The position numbers were made by a program, and so were the translations under genes. From an uncultured archaeon (lineage in GTDB: Archaea > Thermoproteota > EX4484-205 > JAAOZP01), in contig CALIBN010000010.1 of NCBI GenBank assembly GCA_938045545.1, positions 1 through 64,000 on the forward strand: DNA of 64,000 nt, in the 5' to 3' direction. The notes under the pieces were generated by a model that worked only from the letters and a program-made list of their open reading frames with translations, did no database searches and had not been told where the DNA came from. This document shows positions 39,905-49,957 of this stretch, piece after piece (the first letter of the stretch is position 1; every line of letters begins with the position of its first letter).

Positions 39905-41674
39905 CTATAAACCGTAGAACGGGTTCTCCTTCTTCTTAAGCCTGGCCACTTCCTCCAAAGCCTGAAGATAATGGAGCTCCAACTGATCCTTGAAAACCCT
40001 GTTTATCAGGGAAGCATCGTTACTCGGCACGTCGACGAGAAGAACATCATCCTCCCTTAGGTTCCTGCCCACTATTCCCTCGGGTATGGAGATTGCAACC
40101 TCCTCCCCAGCCTCAGCCTTGGGAATACTTTTACCCTCTTTCTGAATCTGCTCAATCACCCCTATTTTCTCACCTTCACTGTTGATCAAAGGGTAACCCG
40201 GCTTTATGCAACCCGCCTCAACCTTAACACCGACTATAGCTGGCTTACTCCTTCTAAAAACATATGCCGGCAGGATTCTAATCCTGCCCGGGAGAATAAG
40301 TTGCTCAAGCTGCATGCTTGCTTCTCTCTGCTTCTCCCGCCTACGCCACTCTGAAAACTCTTCGATCAGCCTGTAGATGATTCTGCCCTGGAAAACCGGG
40401 ACGTTCCTCCTCCTAGCCTCCTCAACAGCTTCAGGCATTAGTCTAACGTTGAATGCTAGCAGAACCCTGAGCGTCGGGTCCTTTGAGGAAATAGATGCTT
40501 CAATAACGTCCCTCTCTGAAACAGGCCCCAGGTCTCCAAGCCTGACTGGAATACTTCTTTTCTCAAGCTCCCCCACTATGGCCTCTAGAGAGCCGAGCGT
40601 ATCTGCTTTAACAACAACACCCTCCTCGCCGCTTTTAATCCTTATCGACTCCACTTCAGACTTGATTTTTTCAACAGCCTCCTCGATATTCCCGGAGGCA
40701 ACTGTAAGCGGGGAGCCTGGGAGAGCATCCTCCAGGTTTGGCGCAACAATTTTAACCCCCGCGGAGGGCCTGACCTCATCAACCTGGTTAAACCTGTCCC
40801 TCGGATCCCTCATCTCGTCGAGAGGCTTAGGCATGAGCAGGGCCCTAACCCTGGTGACAATCGGCTTGTTCAGCCCCATCAGCACAATAGTGTCATTACT
40901 TCTCAGCACACCGTCGAAGATAACGGCGTTGACAGTAGTACCCATCCCCGTCTCCTCAACAACCTCGAGCACAACGCCCCTAGCAGGACCCTCTGTGTAT
41001 TCGAGGCCGCTTATCAGAAACTGTTGGACGAGGCCTATTAAGACAGCTATAAGCTCCGAGACTCCTTCTCCTGTTAACGCGCTAACAGGCACTATGGCAA
41101 CATTCCTCCTGAAGTCCGTCAGCCTGTCGAACCTGTCTGACCTGAAGCCCATTGTTGAAAGATCCCCGATTATCCTGTAGAGATGCTCGTCTAGGCTACG
41201 CTTAACCCTGTCATCCTGCTTGGAGAGTGATTGAAGCACGCTTAAAACCCCTTGAGGTCTCCACCCCGGAAGAAGGTCAACCTTATTGGCCGCGATTAAA
41301 AATGGGGTTCTCCTAGCTCTAAGGATGTCTAGGGACTCTACAGTCTGGGGCTCAACTCCCTTAACCAGGTCTATCACGAGAATTGCGAAGTCAGCGATGG
41401 ACCCTCCTCTCCTCCTAAGGTTTACGAAAGCCTCGTGCCCAGGCGTATCGATGAAAAGTATGCCTGGAACCCTGAGCTTTTCCTCAAGCCTTATGTTAAG
41501 CGTTTTCGCAACCCTAACTATTACTTCAGCTGGAATCAGGCTTGCCCCGACGTGTTGAGTGATGCCACCGGCCTCCCTCATCGCGACGAAGGTGCCTCGT
41601 ATCTTATCTAGTAGAGATGTCTTTCCACTGTCAACGTGTCCTAGCACAACCACGATAGGCTCCCTAACACTCAT
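39905..41674 (-). CDS. infB: translation initiation factor aIF5B
   Basis: GHVDSGKT, EAGGITQH, DTPGH, KADTLGSLEA. Confidence 0.97.
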   Translation of the reverse strand: MSVREPIVVVLGHVDSGKTSLLDKIRGTFVAMREAGGITQHVGASLIPAEVIVRVAKTLNIRLEEKLRVPGILFIDTPGHEAFVNLRRRGGSIADFAILVIDLVKGVEPQTVESLDILRARRTPFLIAANKVDLLPGWRPQGVLSVLQSLSKQDDRVKRSLDEHLYRIIGDLSTMGFRSDRFDRLTDFRRNVAIVPVSALTGEGVSELIAVLIGLVQQFLISGLEYTEGPARGVVLEVVEETGMGTTVNAVIFDGVLRSNDTIVLMGLNKPIVTRVRALLMPKPLDEMRDPRDRFNQVDEVRPSAGVKIVAPNLEDALPGSPLTVASGNIEEAVEKIKSEVESIRIKSGEEGVVVKADTLGSLEAIVGELEKRSIPVRLGDLGPVSERDVIEASISSKDPTLRVLLAFNVRLMPEAVEEARRRNVPVFQGRIIYRLIEEFSEWRRREKQREASMQLEQLILPGRIRILPAYVFRRSKPAIVGVKVEAGCIKPGYPLINSEGEKIGVIEQIQKEGKSIPKAEAGEEVAISIPEGIVGRNLREDDVLLVDVPSNDASLINRVFKDQLELHYLQALEEVARLKKKENPFYGL

Positions 41675-41838
41675 TTGCTTACCGCACCCTCGAGACATTG
41701 TCGGCGCAGGAGTATTAATCTCTATCTACCGTTTCAGCGTAATAGAAAACCGGTTTTGAAAAACACGGGTAGGCCGGCAAAACCGCAGTATTAGTCTTAA
41801 ATGTCCGATATGGTTGTTCGAAGCGTTGACAAAGCCTG

Positions 41839-42507
41839 TTAAAAACAGCACGAGGAGCCCTTAAGAGCCTTAATGATCCTGTCTACAACAGTATCGGGTG
41901 AAACATCTCCACCAGCCTCATCAGGCTCGTAGAAGAAATCTATTACGGTCACCTCAGCCTTCCGGTAGTGTTCAAGCAGTGGAGCAGCCTCATTCTTATA
42001 GACCCTTATCCTCTCCCTTACGACCTCAGGCTTATCGTCATCCCTCTGGTAGAGCTCGCCTCCACACTTGTCGCAAACACCATCAACCTTCGGCGGCAGC
42101 GTGATCTTGTTGTATATTGCGCCGCATTTCCTGCAGACAAGCCTCGAAGACAAGCGTCTAACTATCACTTCATCCGGAACGTTCAGGTTTATCACGAAGT
42201 CTATTTTTGAAACGCCTTCTAGGAAATAGGCCTGCTGAAGTGTCCTTGGATAACCGTCAAGAATAAAACCCTTCCTACAGTCCTCCTGCGAAAGCCTTTT
42301 CTCCATAACCCTGTTAACAACCTCGTCCGGAACAAGTTTCCCGCTTGAAACATAGCTCGATATGCTTTTCCCCAGCTCAGATCCGCTCTTCACCTCATCC
42401 CTCAAAATGTCCCCGGTTGAAATATGCGGCACACCTAGCCTCGGCGCAAGCCTTGAAGCATACGTGCCCTTGCCTGAGCCGGGTGGGCCGAAGATTACAA
42501 TCCTCAT
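41839..42507 (-). CDS. adk: adenylate kinase, bacterial type with Zn lid
   Basis: GPPGSGKGT, STGD, LDGYPR, CxxC...CxxC lid, QRDDD. Confidence 0.95.
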   Translation of the reverse strand: MRIVIFGPPGSGKGTYASRLAPRLGVPHISTGDILRDEVKSGSELGKSISSYVSSGKLVPDEVVNRVMEKRLSQEDCRKGFILDGYPRTLQQAYFLEGVSKIDFVINLNVPDEVIVRRLSSRLVCRKCGAIYNKITLPPKVDGVCDKCGGELYQRDDDKPEVVRERIRVYKNEAAPLLEHYRKAEVTVIDFFYEPDEAGGDVSPDTVVDRIIKALKGSSCCF

Positions 42508-42701
42508 GGAGACGAGCCTCCGTGCCGCGTCTTCCTAACGACCCACTTTACCTTCCTAGGATTTCTGCCCAGCTTCACAGAGTTTCTGAGACACTTGGAG
42601 CTGCAGAACCTCAGTATGCTCCCGTCCCTCTTAACGTAAAGAACGCCCTCTCCGATCAGGAACGTCCTGCTGCAGAAGCTACACTTGAAGGCTGTAGGCG
42701 T
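42504..42701 (-). CDS. rpl24e: ribosomal protein eL24, apparent ACG start
   Basis: Not in the ORF track; (T)PTAFKCSFC...G.G..YVKRDG....FCSSKC...RNPRKVKW. Confidence 0.92.
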   Translation of the reverse strand, partial: TPTAFKCSFCSRTFLIGEGVLYVKRDGSILRFCSSKCLRNSVKLGRNPRKVKWVVRKTRHGGSSP

Positions 42702-42707
42702 GACTCA

Positions 42708-42914
42708 TCACCCCGAGAATCTCCTAGCTTCTCTCTCAGTCTCCCTAAGCATAAGTATGTCTCCAACCCTAACTGGGCCCCGCACATTCCTAAGGATAAC
42801 CCTACCCCTGTCTCTGCCCGCGAGAATCCTAACCCTAACCTGAGTAACCTCGCCCGAAGCACCTGACCTAGCTACCAGCTCGACAACCTCTGCCGGAGTA
42901 GCTTCCTCGCTCAA
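42708..42914 (-). CDS. rps28e: ribosomal protein eS28
   Basis: [23 protein letters not shown]. Confidence 0.97.
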   Translation of the reverse strand: MSEEATPAEVVELVARSGASGEVTQVRVRILAGRDRGRVILRNVRGPVRVGDILMLRETEREARRFSG

Positions 42915-43303
42915 CCGCTTCCCCCAGCCTTCGCCCTTTCAGACTCTATCTTCTTAACCACGCTTTCAAGCATTGGAGCGGCCTCACCCGGGTCTATTAT
43001 CGCCACGGCCGCGGCTGAAACATTAGAGAGGCCAGCGGCCTCGCCGAGCTGCTTCTTATCCGGGACAACTATGTACGGGATTTTCCTATCCCTGCTCAGC
43101 AAAGGTATGTGGAGGACGACCTCGACAGGGTCAGTGTTGTCAGCCACGTACGCGATTTTAGCCACTCCTCTTTCAAGGGCTTTCGTGGTTTCATTGGTGC
43201 CTCTTTTAACCTTACCAGTTTTAGAGGCGATCCTAAGCAGTTCTAAAGCTTCCTCAATAAGCTCCTTACTCGGCTCGTAGTCCGCCGTCTTAACCTTAAC
43301 CAT
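42911..43303 (-). CDS. rpl7ae: ribosomal protein L7Ae
   Basis: [18 protein letters not shown]. Confidence 0.97.
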   Translation of the reverse strand: MVKVKTADYEPSKELIEEALELLRIASKTGKVKRGTNETTKALERGVAKIAYVADNTDPVEVVLHIPLLSRDRKIPYIVVPDKKQLGEAAGLSNVSAAAVAIIDPGEAAPMLESVVKKIESERAKAGGSG

Positions 43304-43373
43304 TTCCGTTAAGCACCTCTACCCTTCCACAGCGGGGACAGAGGGGTATAAAAACTTAAACTTGAAGCTCTTT

Positions 43374-45098
43374 CTAAGGATGGGAGAAAACCAGGTTGAC
43401 AGTGCTTTTCGAAACCGCCTCCACCCTGCAGAATCCGAATCGAACAAGCTGAATAACCCTGCCTGGGTCAAGCTGTGTTAAAGGAGACTCGCCCAGGCCC
43501 TTGGTAAGGCTGGCATCAGGCATGATGACTCTTGTTTCAACAGCGTCACCGGGCAGAACCCACTGGATGAGTTTCACCCCAGAGGATTTCTCAGGGACCT
43601 CCAGACCCTTGAAAAAGGCTTTAACCTTCTTATTACGCAGGTCAATATCTTCAACCTCAACGTTGAAAAGAGACATTAGCCTAAGCCTTGAACCCGGAGC
43701 CAGGTTCTCAACGTCTTCCGATGAAACAATCAGCCTAGCCTCCCCGTTGGAAGGTTTTAAAACAATGAGTCTGGATCCAAGCTCAGGCCTGCTCGGATGT
43801 CTTAGAAGCCTCGCCTCAACCTGCTGGGGAATGTTTCTGACAGCCATCGTGAACGGGTTTTTCACGAAGTAGTATCGCTCTGCCTCCCAGTCTACAGCCT
43901 CCCTGTTGTACGCGTAAAGATTCTCCCATTTAACGGTTGACTCAGCTATGTTCAAGCCCATTTCAAGCATAATCCTCCTCACCACCTCAGGCTTGAATCC
44001 TCTTCTCCTTAAAGCCTTAAGCGTGCCGAGTCTAGGATCGTCCAGCCCGGTGTAAGCACCCTCCGCCAGACCCTTCATTATCCTGGATTTGCTCAACACA
44101 CTGCCCTCAAGCCTAACTCTGCCTATGTGGACTGAAAGCGGGGGTGGAGAGCCCAAGTATTTGAAGACGTATGATTGACGGACCTCGTTCGTCAAATGCT
44201 CCTTACCCCTTATCACGTGGGAAACCTTCATCTCATGATCGTCAATGGCGCAGGACCAGTTGTAGAGCGGCCAGACCCTGAAGCCCGTGACCCTGGGATG
44301 TTTCGCAACATCTATCCTTAACGCGGGCCAGTCTCTCACCGCAGGATTAGGATGCTTCATATCGGTCTTGACCCTCACAACAGCCTCACCCGGGTTGAGG
44401 CTCCCGTTCAGCATCTTCTCCCAGAGGCTTAAGCCTAAATTCGGATCCTGATCCCTATGCGGGCATGGCTCACCCTTCTTTTCGAAAACCCTGAATTCCT
44501 CGGGTTTGCAGAGGCAGACGTACGCGAGGCCTCTTTCAATAAACTTTTCAGCATATTCGTAGTATGTTTGAAGCCTGTCTGACTGGTAATGTATCTCATC
44601 GGGATGGATGCCGAGCCACTCCAGGTCTTCAATAATCCAGTCGTAAGCCTCCTTCAACGGAGGCTTGACTGAGGGAGACGTGTCTTCAAACCTTAGAATA
44701 AGCTTGCCGTTCATCATCTTGGCGTAATAGTTGCAGAGCACAGCCGGCCTTGCGTTGCCAAGCGTAAGAGGCCCATCTGGATTCGGAGCGAACCTTAAAA
44801 CAACTTTAGAGAAGCCCTCTGCCCTAGGCAGTGGAGAAACCTCCTGTTTCAACACCTTCCCCGTTCTCTCAACAACCCCTAGCCTCTTAATTAGCTCAGC
44901 CTGCTCTTCAAGCGTAAGCCTGTTAACCCTCTCAGTCACCTCCCGGATTAGTGGAATAAGCTCCTTAACGCTGCTTCTTAAACCGGGGTTCATGCCGAGC
45001 AGTTTCCCAAGCACCGCCTCAGCCCTAGCCACACCCTTGAAAGCCAAAGCGTTCTCAAGCGCAAGCCTCTCTATCAGGCTGACGAGCTCCTCGCTCAT
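43374..45098 (-). CDS. gltX: glutamyl-tRNA synthetase
   Basis: RFAPNPDG, RFEDT, HPNPAVRDW, RGKEH, DDPRLGT. Confidence 0.95.
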   Translation of the reverse strand: MSEELVSLIERLALENALAFKGVARAEAVLGKLLGMNPGLRSSVKELIPLIREVTERVNRLTLEEQAELIKRLGVVERTGKVLKQEVSPLPRAEGFSKVVLRFAPNPDGPLTLGNARPAVLCNYYAKMMNGKLILRFEDTSPSVKPPLKEAYDWIIEDLEWLGIHPDEIHYQSDRLQTYYEYAEKFIERGLAYVCLCKPEEFRVFEKKGEPCPHRDQDPNLGLSLWEKMLNGSLNPGEAVVRVKTDMKHPNPAVRDWPALRIDVAKHPRVTGFRVWPLYNWSCAIDDHEMKVSHVIRGKEHLTNEVRQSYVFKYLGSPPPLSVHIGRVRLEGSVLSKSRIMKGLAEGAYTGLDDPRLGTLKALRRRGFKPEVVRRIMLEMGLNIAESTVKWENLYAYNREAVDWEAERYYFVKNPFTMAVRNIPQQVEARLLRHPSRPELGSRLIVLKPSNGEARLIVSSEDVENLAPGSRLRLMSLFNVEVEDIDLRNKKVKAFFKGLEVPEKSSGVKLIQWVLPGDAVETRVIMPDASLTKGLGESPLTQLDPGRVIQLVRFGFCRVEAVSKSTVNLVFSHP

Positions 45099-46189
45099 AC
45101 GATTCTCCTCCCGTTTAGAAGCCTCGCCAGCAGTCCTCTCTGTTCAAGCCATTCAGCCGTCCTACCCCTTACAACAAGCGGTGCTGAGCTGAGCTCCTCA
45201 ATACTCCTAGCGCCGGCAAGGAACATCGTGAACTTTAAGGCAAGCTCGAATGATTTAACCAGTCTCCTAGCCTCCTCAACACCGCCCTTCGAGAAGGAAA
45301 CCAGGAACGGCATAGCCATACCCGTGCAGCTAGCCCCGAGGGCGATGGCTTTCGCAGCGTCAACACCAGTCCTAACGCCTCCGCTCGCTATAACTCTCAG
45401 GCTGCGCGTGGACATTTTTGATTCAACGATGCTGACGGCTGTTGGAACACCCCAGTCCCAAAGAGCCTTGCCCAGCAGAGAAGCCTTGCTCCCACTTCTC
45501 CTTGAACGATAATATTCTACGGCATACCAGCTTGTCCCACCGACACCGGCTACGTCAACCCATTTAACGCCCCAGGACTCTGCGAGCCTAGCAGCCTCCC
45601 CGCTGAAGCCGGCGCCAGTCTCCTTGAGGCAAAGCCTCTCCCCCAGCCTCCAGGATAGTTCAGCCACATGGTTGCCAACTCCTTTGAAACAAGTTTCCCC
45701 CTCAGGCATAACAAGCTCCTGAAGCTTGTTGAAATGTATGGCCAGCGCGTCAGCCCCAACGATCTCCATTGTTTTCAAAGCATACTCTGAGCCGTGTTTA
45801 GCAACCTGGGCGGCGCCTATGTTCGAAATCACCAGCGTCCCCGGAGCCCTTTCCCTGACTACTGAATAAGTGTCTACAAGACTAGGATCCTCCATCGCAG
45901 CCCTGACGCTTCCAACACCGATCCCTATCCCTTCGGCTTCAGCAACCTCAGCCAGACCCATGTTTATTCTTTTAGCCTCCTTTGTCCCCCCGGTTAAAGC
46001 CTCTATTATGAGCGGCAGCCTAAGCCTCTTACCCATGACTGTAACACTGGTTTCTACATCGCTCAGATCAATCTCGCAGACAGCGTTGTGAATAAGCTCA
46101 ACATCCTCGAAACCCGCGGAAACCCTGGAGGAAACATCCTTCTCCAAGGCTATTCGAATATGCTCAGCCTTCCTGCTCTCGGTTGCCAC
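45095..46189 (-). CDS. fni: type 2 isopentenyl-diphosphate isomerase
   Basis: RKAEHI, TGG, QE..MPEG, KETG.G, GGTSW, SGG.R. Confidence 0.95.
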   Translation of the reverse strand: MATESRKAEHIRIALEKDVSSRVSAGFEDVELIHNAVCEIDLSDVETSVTVMGKRLRLPLIIEALTGGTKEAKRINMGLAEVAEAEGIGIGVGSVRAAMEDPSLVDTYSVVRERAPGTLVISNIGAAQVAKHGSEYALKTMEIVGADALAIHFNKLQELVMPEGETCFKGVGNHVAELSWRLGERLCLKETGAGFSGEAARLAESWGVKWVDVAGVGGTSWYAVEYYRSRRSGSKASLLGKALWDWGVPTAVSIVESKMSTRSLRVIASGGVRTGVDAAKAIALGASCTGMAMPFLVSFSKGGVEEARRLVKSFELALKFTMFLAGARSIEELSSAPLVVRGRTAEWLEQRGLLARLLNGRRIV

Positions 46190-46419
46190 GGTTTAAGGAT
46201 TCTTCGAGAGTTTTTAACTCTGTTGCCAGCATGGTTTAACCAACCGCTGAAGTTGGCCAAATATACGTGGAATAATGGGTTTATATGAATGCTGTTAGCC
46301 CCGACTCCAAGAGTAAACTGTTTCTCGACCATGGGTGGCGAGTAGAGATTCTGCGACTTTTTTTATCACCTGGATTCACTGTCTCCACAAGAGATTCTAT
46401 ACGGATGTGAAACGGTTTT

Positions 46420-47376
46420 CTACTCTAATTCCTCCGTGTAAACTCCTTTTTCAACCGTTCTAAGGATCATCGTATGAGCATTCAGATTGCGCAACGCTTC
46501 CTCAACGGTGTTCAACGAGCCCTCATCAACCAGTGTAATGACGCATCCTCCACCGCCTCCGCCAGTAAGCTTAGCACCATACGCGCCGGCTGAAATGCTT
46601 GTCCACACCAGGGAGTCAAGCCTACTGTTTGAGACGCCCATTAGGGAGAGGAGAAGATGGTTTAACGTAATTAGCCTGCCTGCTTCAACCATGTCAGTCT
46701 GAAGGAGGCGGCTTATCTTGATTGTGACATCACTTATGGAAGACATAATTATGTTGAAGAGATCCGGTTCCCTCTCCTTGAGGGACGCTACTTTGAGAAT
46801 CATGTCCTTCGTACTCCGCTCCAAGCCTGAGTCAGCCAGCAGGAATATGCCTTGGCCTGCCTCAAGCTTCTCAATCCCCTTGTCTTTAACGAACAGGATT
46901 AAGCCACCCCAGAGTGCTGCCGCCACGTCTACGCCGCTCGGATTAACGTGCGCAACCTTTTCACCCTCCATCGCGAGGCTAAAAACTTTTTCGTCAAAAG
47001 GCTTCTCGTAAACCAGTTTGAGCAGAGCGTTGGCCAATGCGACGGATAATGAGGCTGAAGAACCCATTCCAGAAGCGGGGGGAATATCTGAGCTTATGCG
47101 GATCCTGAGCCTACCTTTAAAACCTTCTGAATCCCGGAATACGTCTATGATTCTCGCGAAAGGCTTTAGCTGGCTTGGGCCTGAGAAAGCCCTGCCTATC
47201 ATCTTCGCAACCCCATACTTGTCTGAGAATATTTCGTGGGCACCGATCTCGTCGAAAGCTTCAACAGAAACCTTCGAGTAAACGTTTACAGCAGCCACTA
47301 GGGCGGGGTGGCCATATACTACGGAGTGCTCGCCGGAAATGATTACTTTCCCAGGAGCCTTGCAGACTATTTTCAA
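46420..47376 (-). CDS. mvk: mevalonate kinase
   Basis: PGKVI..GEHSVVYG, GMGSSA, PSGVD, KLTGGGGGGC. Confidence 0.93.
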   Translation of the reverse strand: MKIVCKAPGKVIISGEHSVVYGHPALVAAVNVYSKVSVEAFDEIGAHEIFSDKYGVAKMIGRAFSGPSQLKPFARIIDVFRDSEGFKGRLRIRISSDIPPASGMGSSASLSVALANALLKLVYEKPFDEKVFSLAMEGEKVAHVNPSGVDVAAALWGGLILFVKDKGIEKLEAGQGIFLLADSGLERSTKDMILKVASLKEREPDLFNIIMSSISDVTIKISRLLQTDMVEAGRLITLNHLLLSLMGVSNSRLDSLVWTSISAGAYGAKLTGGGGGGCVITLVDEGSLNTVEEALRNLNAHTMILRTVEKGVYTEELE

Positions 47377-47382
47377 CAGTGT

Positions 47383-48228
47383 TCACTTGTAGAAGGCTAT
47401 TGAAGCGTAACCCACCACACCACCGTAATCGCCTGAAATCTCTCCGCTGTTATAGTATTTCAACAGGGCGGATTTAGAGCACCCCATCTCCTTCACGCAT
47501 GAGACTAGCGCTATAACTGGACCTAGGCCGCAGAGCGACTCATAATTGACGGCGACGGAGTGAATCAGCTTCTCGTCCAGCGACTCTATTGCTCTGATGG
47601 TCTTCATATCGTTCTCCTCAGCCTCCCCTGCTGGAACATAATGGCTCATGTCCGAGCTGGCGATAACGATGGCCTTTTTCCCTTCAAGAGCCCTGGATAA
47701 AGCTTTTCCAAGCCTAATATTCCTTTCAAGGTTGAAATCATGTATAATTATTGGGATGAGCTTGAACGAGCCTCCGTAGACAAGCTGGAGGAATGGGAGC
47801 TGTATTTCAACAGAGTGTTCGAAAGCATGCGCGTGAAAATTATCCTCGATGAAGGGCGCTGAGCTGAGCAGCAGGCTCACCGTCTGCCTGTCGACCTCCA
47901 CGTCACCGAGCGGAGTACGCCAAACACCTTCGCTCATAGTGGCGAAGCCCGTGGAAGCCATATGGTGGTCGGGCCCCATCACCACCAGCGTTTCCCTAGG
48001 ACCATGGTTAGCAGCCTCGCTGTATGCCCATGTGGCAGCCATACCTGAGTAAACGTATCCGGCATGTGGAACCATGAGGCCAAGCAAGCGGGGATCGTAC
48101 TCTCCGAGAACCGGGATGCTTCCGTATCCCAGTCTCCCCTTGAAAAGACTTTGAAGCTGCTCTAGGAGTCTCTCCCTAGTACCCTCGTACCAGCTTCCAG
48201 CGTACGCTGGCTTTCTAACCCTAGCCAT
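47383..48228 (-). CDS. MEMO1/AmmeMemoRadiSAM B family protein
   Basis: AGSWY, PHAGYVYSG, EHSVEIQLPF, SSD.SHY. Confidence 0.92.
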   Translation of the reverse strand: MARVRKPAYAGSWYEGTRERLLEQLQSLFKGRLGYGSIPVLGEYDPRLLGLMVPHAGYVYSGMAATWAYSEAANHGPRETLVVMGPDHHMASTGFATMSEGVWRTPLGDVEVDRQTVSLLLSSAPFIEDNFHAHAFEHSVEIQLPFLQLVYGGSFKLIPIIIHDFNLERNIRLGKALSRALEGKKAIVIASSDMSHYVPAGEAEENDMKTIRAIESLDEKLIHSVAVNYESLCGLGPVIALVSCVKEMGCSKSALLKYYNSGEISGDYGGVVGYASIAFYK

Positions 48229-48229
48229 G

Positions 48230-48868
48230 CTAGACTGTCCTCGCAGCCTCCTCAATCTGGGTCTCGAAAGCGTGGAAGTTTTCACTCATGCTTTCAGTCG
48301 GAGAGAGCACTCCCTTGTTCCTGAGAACCTCCCTTGTCAGCAGCCAGAATACTAGGGCTAGGGAGCTGCGCCCCTTGTTGTTGGCGGGAATTATAAGGTC
48401 TATGTAGGAGCAGGAGTCATCGGTGTCACATATGCCTATCACGGGTATTCCGATGAGCGTTGCTTCTCGAATAGCCTTCTCGTCAACCTTAGGGTCTGAA
48501 ACAAGAATTATCTTCGGAGAAATATAGCCTTCATACTTCGGGTTAGAGAAGATGCCCGGTGGAAACCTTTCTACAATAGGCTTGAAACCAGTGTACTCGC
48601 ACATTTTAAGGACCGGTGTTCTCCCATACTCTTTCCCGGATACTATTATCACGTCACTTGGCTCATACCTGGAAAGCCCCTTTCCGGCAACCCTAATCTT
48701 CTCATCGGTTTGAGCAATCTCAATCAGGTTCAGCCCGTCAGGCCTAGTAAACCTTACGAAGCGCCTCATGCAGACAGTGCAAACCTTTGTTCCTATGTGG
48801 ACGCCTGCAGCAATGTACTCCGTCCTCAGAATCAACAGACCTTCTCCGCTCCTCTCACTCGTGCTCAT
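48230..48868 (-). CDS. rps2: ribosomal protein uS2
   Basis: AGVHIGT, IPANNKG. Confidence 0.95.
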   Translation of the reverse strand: MSTSERSGEGLLILRTEYIAAGVHIGTKVCTVCMRRFVRFTRPDGLNLIEIAQTDEKIRVAGKGLSRYEPSDVIIVSGKEYGRTPVLKMCEYTGFKPIVERFPPGIFSNPKYEGYISPKIILVSDPKVDEKAIREATLIGIPVIGICDTDDSCSYIDLIIPANNKGRSSLALVFWLLTREVLRNKGVLSPTESMSENFHAFETQIEEAARTV

Positions 48869-49089
48869 TGCCTGTAATCCTCCCCCAGCGATAATCCTCG
48901 GGAGTATGAAAGCAGCTCGTCGATATAATCAACATGAGAAATAAACATTCGCCTGCAACAGATCCTTGTAACGTTGAGAGAGTCTAGCACCTGCTTTGGA
49001 TCCTCGCCTGAAGCAACCCTACTCTGGTATTCCTCCCACAAGTGGCCTATTACCTTGCCGCACGTGAAACATCTAACTGGAAACATCAA
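48865..49089 (-). CDS. rpoN: RNA polymerase subunit Rpo10 (RpoN)
   Basis: PVRCFTCG, CCRRM. Confidence 0.97.
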   Translation of the reverse strand: MMFPVRCFTCGKVIGHLWEEYQSRVASGEDPKQVLDSLNVTRICCRRMFISHVDYIDELLSYSRGLSLGEDYRQ

Positions 49090-49100
49090 GCCATAGTCAC

Positions 49101-49514
49101 CTACCTGTAGGACTTCTGGAACCTCCTTCTAGCACCTGGTCCTCCAAATTTCTTGGGCTCCTTTCTCCGGGGATCTCCAGAGAGGAGATGCCTGTCGAAG
49201 CTTCTGAAAATGTTTCTAACAGTGGAGCTCCTCGTCCACTGAGTAATACCTCTGGCTAAAGCCTGCATAACCGCCCTGGCCTGCGAAGCATGACCCCCGC
49301 CTTCAACCTTAACCTCGACGTCAACATCCTTAAACTGTTCAGGAAGGAGTTTCAAAGGCGTTAAGGCGAGCATCCTGTAGGGATCGTAAAGCCAGTTTTC
49401 AGCGGGGTAACCGTTTATCGTAACGCGCCCGGAACCCTGCTTAACAACAGCCCTAGCCACTGAGCTCTTAACGGAACCAGTTACAACAAGGGGCAGTTTC
49501 CTAGGGGTCGGCAA
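49101..49514 (-). CDS. rps9: ribosomal protein uS9
   Basis: GGG..SQA, EPKKFGGPGAR..QKSYR. Confidence 0.97.
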   Translation of the reverse strand: MPTPRKLPLVVTGSVKSSVARAVVKQGSGRVTINGYPAENWLYDPYRMLALTPLKLLPEQFKDVDVEVKVEGGGHASQARAVMQALARGITQWTRSSTVRNIFRSFDRHLLSGDPRRKEPKKFGGPGARRRFQKSYR

Positions 49515-49516
49515 AT

Positions 49517-49957
49517 CTAGTCAGCCTCCGGGACGCTGAAAAACCCTTTCAAGTCTGAAAGGGTGAAAGAGCTTCTCCCAAGCCTAGAGGCGTCAGCATC
49601 CTTAAACCTAACAGCCTCACCCTTAACACTACTCGGCCAGCCGCAGTAGACTCTGAGCCTTCTAAAGGCCTCCATCCCCTTAGGCTTATCCATTGGAAGC
49701 ATGCTTTTTACAACGCTCCTAACATAGGTCACTGGGTTCCTAGGATGCCTCGGCGTATGCTTAGGGTTCCTAACGCTCTTCACCTCCAGGAAGCCCACGT
49801 ACTCCCTGATGAAGCTGTCCTTTCTCCCAGATACTCTTGTCTTCTCAGCGTTAACCACGTAAACCCTGTATCCTTCAAGAAGCCTTTTAGCTATGATTGA
49901 ACACATTCTTCCTAGAACCTGGTCGGTTGCGTCAACCACGAGAATCCTTTCAGACAA
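49517..49957 (-). CDS. rpl13: ribosomal protein uL13
   Basis: VDA....LGR, VNAEK, MLP. Confidence 0.93.
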   Translation of the reverse strand: MSERILVVDATDQVLGRMCSIIAKRLLEGYRVYVVNAEKTRVSGRKDSFIREYVGFLEVKSVRNPKHTPRHPRNPVTYVRSVVKSMLPMDKPKGMEAFRRLRVYCGWPSSVKGEAVRFKDADASRLGRSSFTLSDLKGFFSVPEAD

